Assembly: GCA_041671485.1 (NCBI GenBank)
Contig: JBAZBL010000002.1
Span: forward strand, 9,320 to 73,319
DNA length: 64,000 nucleotides
Reading direction: 5' to 3'
Origin: Minisyncoccota bacterium
GTDB lineage: Bacteria; Patescibacteriota; Minisyncoccia; Phycocordibacterales; PALSA-1337
In this document: positions 58,099-64,000 of the stretch, piece after piece
Layout of the letters: each line of letters opens with the position of its first letter
How positions within the stretch are numbered: position 1 is the stretch's first letter
Notes under the pieces: model-generated
Told to the model about the DNA's origin: nothing
The model's input: the letters and a program-made list of their open reading frames with translations, nothing else
The model's database searches: none
Program-made: the position numbers and the translations under genes

Positions 58099-58938
58099 AT
58101 GCTATCTAATAATATGGCTGAAATAAACAAAAAAATCATAGTTTCAGGCACAAAAATATCAGTTGTCTCAAAAGACGGCCAAGATTACCTGTCTCTCACA
58201 GAAATGCTCAAGGCAAAAGATGGTGATTTTTTTATTGCTGATTGGCTCAGAAATAGGAATACTGTTGAATTTCTGGGAATATGGGAGAGTATAAACAACC
58301 CCGATTTTAATTATGGCGAATTCGCCACAATTAAAAGCCAAGCAGGGCTTAACAGCTTCAAAATCAGCGCTAAAGAATGGGTGCAAAAGACTAGGGCGAT
58401 AGGTCTCAAGGCTACTGCTGGTAGGTATGGAGGCACATTTGCACATAAAGACATCGCTTTTGAATTTGGCATGTGGATCAGTCCTCAATTTAAACTTTAC
58501 TTAATCAAAGAGTTCCAAAGGTTAAAAGATGAAGAAAAGATAAGAATAGAAACGGGCTGGGATGTAAAAAGATTACTAGCAAAAGTTAATTATCGTATTC
58601 ATACAGATGCTATCAAGGCACATCTGATACCTCCCAAGATAAGCCATATTTCCTCAACTATTTTATATGCCAATGAAGCGGATATTTTAAATGTCGCTCT
58701 ATTCGGTTTAAGCGCAAAAGAGTGGCGAGATAAAAATAAAGATAAACAAGGAAATGTGAGAGATTATGCAACTGTTGAGCAACTTGTAGTGCTTGTAAAT
58801 CTAGAATCACTCAATGCACAATACATTATTGAGGGAGTTTCTCAACCCTTGAGACTCGCCAAACTCAATGAAATAGCGATATCACAAATGAGATCTTTGA
58901 TAAATAATCCATCAATTAAGAAATTAGAAATAAAATAA
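58099..58938 (+). CDS. KilA-N domain protein (phage-associated)
   Basis: GGTFAHKDIAFEFGMWISPQFKLYLIKEFQRL closely matches the KilA-N core. Confidence 0.6.
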   Translation: MLSNNMAEINKKIIVSGTKISVVSKDGQDYLSLTEMLKAKDGDFFIADWLRNRNTVEFLGIWESINNPDFNYGEFATIKSQAGLNSFKISAKEWVQKTRAIGLKATAGRYGGTFAHKDIAFEFGMWISPQFKLYLIKEFQRLKDEEKIRIETGWDVKRLLAKVNYRIHTDAIKAHLIPPKISHISSTILYANEADILNVALFGLSAKEWRDKNKDKQGNVRDYATVEQLVVLVNLESLNAQYIIEGVSQPLRLAKLNEIAISQMRSLINNPSIKKLEIK

Positions 58939-59221
58939 CAAGGTTTGTAGTCCTCCCAAATCCCGCCAAAAAAATGGGAGCCCGCACGCATTCCTCTTCA
59001 GACCACTCCTGTGTGCGGGCGAGCAGAGCACTCTTACAGGGTCAGTACACCTTTTGGATATTTTCATTCGCTTCGCTCTGAAAATCTCAATTGTGGTACT
59101 GGTCCTGTAAGGACCGATTCCCGGTAGGGTCACATTCAAACTTTATAAGAATTTAGTATTTTGCATAACTTTATAAAGTTTGGTAATATGTTTATATTCG
59201 GTATTTAGGCCGTTTACCAAC

Positions 59222-60154
59222 ATGACCACTCGTCAAAAGCTCGAGATTATTCAGAAAATGCTGGGACTAACCCAAACCAAATTAGCCGAACGGGTTGGCG
59301 TGTCTTTTGCTGCATTCAACAGTTGGTGGACTGGCAAGTCGGAACCGAGAGCAAAAGCACTAGCCGTTATAGACGAGCTATTCATGGAGATAACTGGGCA
59401 GAAAGTTATTCCAGCTGATCAACTTACTGCAAAGAAAAAAGCTATTGAGCAAAAATCTAGCGAGCACAAGAATGTGATCCAAGAAATTTTGAATAACCCT
59501 GATATCCGTGACCAATTCATCCTCAAGCTTACATATCATAGCAACAGCATTGAGGGTAGCACCCTTACCGAGCCTGATACTGCTGCTATTCTTTTTGATA
59601 ATGCGGCATTGCCTGACAAGAGTCTGACAGAACAGCTTGAAGCAAAGAATCACCAAACAGCGTTGAATTATCTGTTTGGACATATCCTGAAAGACGAGAA
59701 AATTGATGAAAATCTAATCTTGAAATTACACAGTATTCTCATGAACGGAATCCGTCCAGATGCAGGTGCTTACAGAAATCATGGTGTTCGGATCACCGGA
59801 GTCAATCTGCCAACAGCTAATCATATGAGCATTCGTAAGCTCATTGGAGAAGTCTTTGCTCGGGTATCGGAAGACACAAAGGATATTATCAGCTTGTCTT
59901 CTTCGGTTCATGCCAAATTTGAGCAGATCCACCCATTCTCCGATGGCAATGGACGCATCGGCCGACTGTTCATGAATGCAATGCTACTCAAAGAAAATAT
60001 TGCGCCTGCAATTATTCGTCAGGAACAGAAGCGACTTTATTATATGTATCTCTATAAGGCGCAGACTAAAGACGATATGAGTCAGCTCGAGGACTTTCTA
60101 TGTGAAGCAGTTATAGATGGTTTTATGATCTTGGAGAGAAAGGATAAGAGATAG
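59222..60154 (+). CDS. Fic/Doc-family (Fido) protein with an N-terminal HTH
   Basis: Canonical Fic motif HPFSDGNGRIGRL. The N-terminus has an XRE-like HTH (LGLTQTKLAERVGVS). The ORF track starts at TTG 59180; ATG 59222 is preferred. Confidence 0.8.
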   Translation: MTTRQKLEIIQKMLGLTQTKLAERVGVSFAAFNSWWTGKSEPRAKALAVIDELFMEITGQKVIPADQLTAKKKAIEQKSSEHKNVIQEILNNPDIRDQFILKLTYHSNSIEGSTLTEPDTAAILFDNAALPDKSLTEQLEAKNHQTALNYLFGHILKDEKIDENLILKLHSILMNGIRPDAGAYRNHGVRITGVNLPTANHMSIRKLIGEVFARVSEDTKDIISLSSSVHAKFEQIHPFSDGNGRIGRLFMNAMLLKENIAPAIIRQEQKRLYYMYLYKAQTKDDMSQLEDFLCEAVIDGFMILERKDKR

Positions 60155-60532
60155 TTTATTACATTTTTATGAATATATATCTACGATTAAAGAGTCGATA
60201 AGTCAAGCTAGAAATAATAAAAGCCCTGCTGCAACGAAGTGCGCAGCAGGGCTGTCGGAAGACGGGGTAATCTCTGTTCCACGGAGCTAAACATCATCTC
60301 CAAGGTATGGAACTGGACGAGGCGTTTAAACGTCCTCTCATTCTTCGCTGTGAATGGTCAAGGCAATAGGTCGCCCATCTAGGCATTGGTTACGACCTTC
60401 GCGTATGAACGATCCAACGAGTGTACCCACATCTAGAGATAATATTAGATATATAAGATTCATTTGTAAAGCTTTACCTGTGTATATCTATCGGCCTCGC
60501 CTCGGACTTTCTTTTCTGATACCATTTAGCTT

Positions 60533-62776
60533 ATGAATAAGAAAATAGATAAAGAAATAAAGGACGACAATGTACACCCTAAATTTTTGAAGCCGTACGA
60601 TCCTCTTGCGACAGAGGATAAGATATACAAAATGTGGGAAGATAGTGGATATTTCAATCCCGACAAATTGCCAGAGAGACACCAGAAGGGTGAACCATTT
60701 TCTATCGTTCTGCCACCACCAAATGTTACTGGAACGCTACATATGGGACATGCTGCTATGCTTGCTATCGAAGACATAATGATACGATACAAAAGAATGA
60801 AAGGTTATAAGACTCTCTGGTTGCCCGGTACAGACCATGCAGCTATTGCCACACAATCCAAAGTAGAGAAAGAGCTTGAGAAAAAAGAGAAAAAGCACAG
60901 GAAAGATCTTGGTCGTGAAGAATTTTTGAAAAGAGTTGATGCCTTCGCAAAGGAGAGTCACGATACTATAGTCAATCAAATACGCAAGATGGGTGCATCT
61001 ATAGATTGGTCTCGAGAAGCTTTTACATTGGATGAAAAGAGAACATTTGCTGTAAATACTGCATTCAAAAAAATGTATGATATGGGTCTCATATATCGTG
61101 GACATAGAATAGTCAATTGGGATCCAAAGGGTCAGACGACTATATCGGATGATGAAATCGAGTACAAAGAAGAAAAAGCCAAGTTTTATTATTTCAAATA
61201 CGGGCCCTTCACTATCGGTACAGCAAGACCAGAGACAAAGTTTGGTGATAAATATGTTGTCATGCATCCGAGTGATAAAAGATATGCAGAGTATAAACAT
61301 GGTCAAAAGATTGACCTTGAATGGATAAATGGCCCGATAACTGCAACTGTCATAAAAGATGAATCTATCGATATGGAATTTGGTACAGGAGTTATGACTA
61401 TCACCCCTTGGCACAGTACTGTCGACTTTGAAATAGCTGAAAGACATGGACTGGACAAAGAACAAATAATTGACTTTCATGGAAGACTTTTACCTATTGC
61501 AGGCGAATTTGCTGGACTCAAGATAGGGGATGCAAGGTCAAAGGTTGTGGAGAAATTGCGTGTAAAAGGTCTCATCGCAAAAGAAGAAGATTATATTCAC
61601 AATATTGCGATTGCTGATCGATCTTCTGGCATGATCGAACCACAAATAATGAATCAATGGTTCGTTGCTGTTAATAAGCAGTTCAAGCTAGAACACTCTA
61701 ACATTTCTGGGATAAATAGTGGACAAGAAACAACTTTGAAAGAGATTATGAAGAAAGGTGTCGAAGGTGGTGCGATAAAGATCATTCCAGAGAGATTCGA
61801 AAAGACATATTTTCACTGGATAGAAAATCTGCATGATTGGTGTATATCGAGACAAATATGGTATGGGCATAGGGTGCCGGTGTGGTATAAGATCAAAGAT
61901 AAAAAATCAAAGATCAAAGATAGGGAAGAAATTTTTGTTGGGGATGAGAGACCAGAGGGGGAAGGGTGGACGCAAGATGAAGATACACTCGACACATGGT
62001 TTTCTTCTGGACTATGGACATTTTCGACTTTGGGCTGGCCAGAAGAGACAGATGATTTGAAAGTTTTTCACCCTACAAGTGTCTTGGAAACTGGCTATGA
62101 CATACTCTTCTTCTGGATCGCAAGGATGATCCTCATGACAGGATGTCTCTTGGGTGAAGTTCCATTCAGGACTGTATATCTACATGGCCTAGTACGAGAC
62201 GGCAAGGGCAGGAAGATGTCCAAGTCACTCGATAATATAATTGATCCATTGGATATGATCGCGAAGTATGGAGGAGATGCAACTCGTCTTTCTCTCATCA
62301 TTGGTACTGGGCCTGGAAATGATATGAAACTTTCTCCAGACAAGGTGAAGGGATATAAGAATTTTTCCAATAAGATATGGAATATAGCGAGGTTTGTAAT
62401 TGCTTCTACAGATGGAATAGAAATAATAAAAGGTTTTAATGATTATACAGAAATAGATGCTGGATATTGTGCAGAGAGAGACAATATGCTTATTGATATA
62501 ACTTATGATATTGAGAATTTCCGATATTATCTCGCTGGTGAGAAACTATATCATTATATCTGGCACAAGTTTGCTGATGTTATACTCGAGAGTAGTAAAA
62601 AAATATTTGAGGAAGGGAATAGTGAAGAGATAATGTCACGCAAACAAATATTATTAGTTTCATTGAATAAAATATTGCGTGCATTGCATCCATTTATGCC
62701 ATATGTAACTGAAGAGATTTGGCAAGAATTGTATAAAGGGAAGTCATTGCTCATGGTCGAAGAGTGGCCAGTTTGA
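60533..62776 (+). CDS. valS: Valyl-tRNA synthetase (short form, 747 aa)
   Basis: PPPNVTGTLHMGHA (HIGH region typical of ValRS), KMSKS, and the editing-domain region. Lacks the long C-terminal coiled coil. Confidence 0.8.
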   Translation: MNKKIDKEIKDDNVHPKFLKPYDPLATEDKIYKMWEDSGYFNPDKLPERHQKGEPFSIVLPPPNVTGTLHMGHAAMLAIEDIMIRYKRMKGYKTLWLPGTDHAAIATQSKVEKELEKKEKKHRKDLGREEFLKRVDAFAKESHDTIVNQIRKMGASIDWSREAFTLDEKRTFAVNTAFKKMYDMGLIYRGHRIVNWDPKGQTTISDDEIEYKEEKAKFYYFKYGPFTIGTARPETKFGDKYVVMHPSDKRYAEYKHGQKIDLEWINGPITATVIKDESIDMEFGTGVMTITPWHSTVDFEIAERHGLDKEQIIDFHGRLLPIAGEFAGLKIGDARSKVVEKLRVKGLIAKEEDYIHNIAIADRSSGMIEPQIMNQWFVAVNKQFKLEHSNISGINSGQETTLKEIMKKGVEGGAIKIIPERFEKTYFHWIENLHDWCISRQIWYGHRVPVWYKIKDKKSKIKDREEIFVGDERPEGEGWTQDEDTLDTWFSSGLWTFSTLGWPEETDDLKVFHPTSVLETGYDILFFWIARMILMTGCLLGEVPFRTVYLHGLVRDGKGRKMSKSLDNIIDPLDMIAKYGGDATRLSLIIGTGPGNDMKLSPDKVKGYKNFSNKIWNIARFVIASTDGIEIIKGFNDYTEIDAGYCAERDNMLIDITYDIENFRYYLAGEKLYHYIWHKFADVILESSKKIFEEGNSEEIMSRKQILLVSLNKILRALHPFMPYVTEEIWQELYKGKSLLMVEEWPV

Positions 62777-62806
62777 TTTCGTAACAACGGAAGGTTAGTC
62801 CTCCCG

Positions 62807-62844
62807 TTGGACAATTGAAAAAGGGCGGTACTGATATCAGCCGC
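62807..62844. terminator. Bidirectional rho-independent terminator
   Basis: aaaaa-gggcgg-tactgatatcag-ccgccc-tcttttt. Confidence 0.6.
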
Positions 62845-62889
62845 CCTCTTTTTCTCACACGGAAGTCCCTTTGGCTTACGTGTACAGTG

Positions 62890-63117
62890 TTATCCTCGAT
62901 CTTCGGGTGGCAAACACTGTCTGCCACGCTGGACTCGAGACTCTAAACTTTCTGGTTTATTCCTAGTTACAGGTTTTGACCAGAAGTTTGTACTCTTTCC
63001 GCTACTCGTCACGATCTGATCGTTCACTATTTGAACCTTGCCACTAGTGACAAGTCTCAGCAATGTAAACCAACCGTGCGGGCTACACGGAACCGCCCTT
63101 CTTAGGTTTATGGTCAT
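62890..63117 (-). CDS. Small basic protein (75 aa) or structured ncRNA, expressed from a consensus promoter
   Basis: A minus-strand TTGACA-18-TATAAT promoter (63169-63140) is followed about 20 nt downstream by a GGAG SD, then ATG at 63117. The ORF ends 40 nt before the bidirectional terminator. The region is GC-rich, and its 5' and 3' ends can pair (cacggag / cttccgtg). Confidence 0.3.
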   Translation of the reverse strand: MTINLRRAVPCSPHGWFTLLRLVTSGKVQIVNDQIVTSSGKSTNFWSKPVTRNKPESLESRVQRGRQCLPPEDRG

Positions 63118-63139
63118 ACTGTTCTCCGTCTCCGTGGCT

Positions 63140-63169
63140 ATTATATCACCTAAATTAGTGATCTGTCAA
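63140..63169 (-). promoter_or_regulatory. Near-consensus sigma70 promoter (TTGACA-18-TATAAT) on the minus strand
   Basis: Reverse complement of 63164-63169 is TTGACA and of 63140-63145 is TATAAT, with an 18-nt spacer. Confidence 0.5.
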
Positions 63170-63180
63170 ATACGAAATAT

Positions 63181-63648
63181 TTAGCCTTTCTTTATCGCCT
63201 CTTTCTCTTCATTTGATAGTTCAAATTCGGATGCATGCTTCTTGATCGGCTTTGAGAAGACGCTTATATGGTCACGAGAATACAAACTTGAAATGACTAC
63301 ACCATCGCCACTTTGGTCTAAGAAAGATGTAGCGAAACTCTGATTACCACCACCACCAGTTCCTTTGAATGGATTGAATCGAACTGTTTTGACCGTTTGA
63401 ACACTTTTCTGCAATCTCTTTTCTACGCTAGATAAATATTTTTCAAGTTCATTTTTAAATGTTTTCAATTCATTCAATTCTGAAGAAACGAAATTGAGCG
63501 AATCACCAACATGTTTCGAATCAAATCCTATAAGAAAACGACGCATACGAAATAAAAGCCAAAGGACGATGCCAAGTAATATGAGTGTTGCAACAGTAAG
63601 GATAATAAAACCCAAAAGTAGGGGATCTATATTTGAAAATATATTCAT
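63181..63648 (-). CDS. Membrane protein (DUF4446-like)
   Basis: N-terminal TM helix followed by a coiled-coil region. Family call tentative. Confidence 0.35.
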   Translation of the reverse strand: MNIFSNIDPLLLGFIILTVATLILLGIVLWLLFRMRRFLIGFDSKHVGDSLNFVSSELNELKTFKNELEKYLSSVEKRLQKSVQTVKTVRFNPFKGTGGGGNQSFATSFLDQSGDGVVISSLYSRDHISVFSKPIKKHASEFELSNEEKEAIKKG

Positions 63649-63686
63649 ATAAATATTATTGCATATTTGTGCTAATATCTCTAATT

Positions 63687-64000
63687 ATGAAACGTATATA
63701 TCTAGACTATGCATCTCTAACGCCTATGGACAGGCGGGTTTTGCGAGAATATAAGAAGTATTCCAAAGCAAAGTATGCAAATCCTTCTTCTTGGTATAAA
63801 GAAGGTGTTTTGGCCAAGAATGCATTGGTTGAAGCCAGAAAGACTATTGCTAACTTTATCTCTTCACATCCTGATGAGGTCGTATTTACTTCTGGTGGAA
63901 CAGAAGCGAACAATATGGGAATACTTGGAACAGTCGAAGCTTTGCACAGTACAGGAGTAGATTATAAAGATATGCATATTGTGAAAAGTGCAATTGAACA
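63687..64000 (+). CDS. Class-V aminotransferase (cysteine desulfurase-like), N-terminal fragment, continues past the window end
   Basis: MKRIYLDYASLTP...FTSGGTEANN matches the NifS/IscS N-terminal motifs. Absent from the ORF track because no stop lies in the window. Confidence 0.7.
   Translation, partial: MKRIYLDYASLTPMDRRVLREYKKYSKAKYANPSSWYKEGVLAKNALVEARKTIANFISSHPDEVVFTSGGTEANNMGILGTVEALHSTGVDYKDMHIVKSAIE

Larger units (their letters stand above)
55372..59133 (+). mobile_element. Putative integrase-less integrated element / remnant at tRNA-Glu (~3.7 kb)
   Basis: Bounded by 53-nt direct repeats (55372-55424 and 59080-59133, about 94% identical). Their last 18 nt (gattcccggtagggtcac) equal the 3' end of tRNA-Glu (55264-55281). 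Inside, ~67-nt inverted repeats with terminator-like hairpins (55616-55684 and 58964-59030) flank XRE, HEPN-like and KilA-N genes. Confidence 0.45.

Noticed and set aside
62860-63125. Assignment as RNase P RNA
   Set aside because: Only one short P4-like match, and on the strand opposite the strong promoter. Canonical GGAAAGUCCGG and J11/12 motifs were not found by eye. Left as unresolved ncRNA-or-small-protein.

Overview
This is a low-GC (about 33-38% by eye) bacterial chromosomal window with reduced-genome hallmarks (inferred, CPR/Patescibacteria-like): ThrRS without N-terminal domains, a short ValRS, and many small secreted or pilin-like proteins. Housekeeping genes: thrS, hisS, valS, gyrA, rpsA, rpsU, pth, ybeY, lepB, ftsA-ftsZ, mraZ-rsmH-ftsL-ftsI-murF, one tRNA-Glu(CUC), and a partial class-V aminotransferase (cysteine desulfurase-like) at the 3' edge. 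Accessory content: a type IV pilus-like cluster (pilB, pilC, an LVIVD-repeat pilin-like protein, two prepilins); a hicB-hicA pair; six tandem paralogs of a small signal-peptide + 2-TM protein; an SPFH protein; a Fic protein; a DUF2268 metalloprotease; methyltransferases; an ABC substrate-binding protein. The window is a compositional mosaic with four higher-GC islands. (i) 1.1-7.1 kb carries a translationally coupled three-gene cassette ending in a GHKL (Bergerat-fold) ATPase, next to a DUF3800 gene; I consider this the best candidate for an uncharacterised defence system. (ii) 23.4-27.1 kb is a pyrD-pyrC-pyrE-pyrF cluster with a duplicated conserved leader. (iii) 41.6-43.8 kb is a Pro/Thr-rich repeat membrane protein. 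(iv) A ~3.7 kb tRNA-Glu-associated element is bounded by 53-nt direct repeats sharing the tRNA 3' 18-mer and by ~67-nt inverted terminator-like repeats; it carries XRE, HEPN-like and KilA-N genes but no integrase. Two families of short perfect palindromes and two 160-200 nt long inverted-repeat (MITE-like) elements occur in intergenic regions. No CRISPR array and no rRNA were seen. Coordinates of short motifs are hand-counted and may be off by a few nucleotides.
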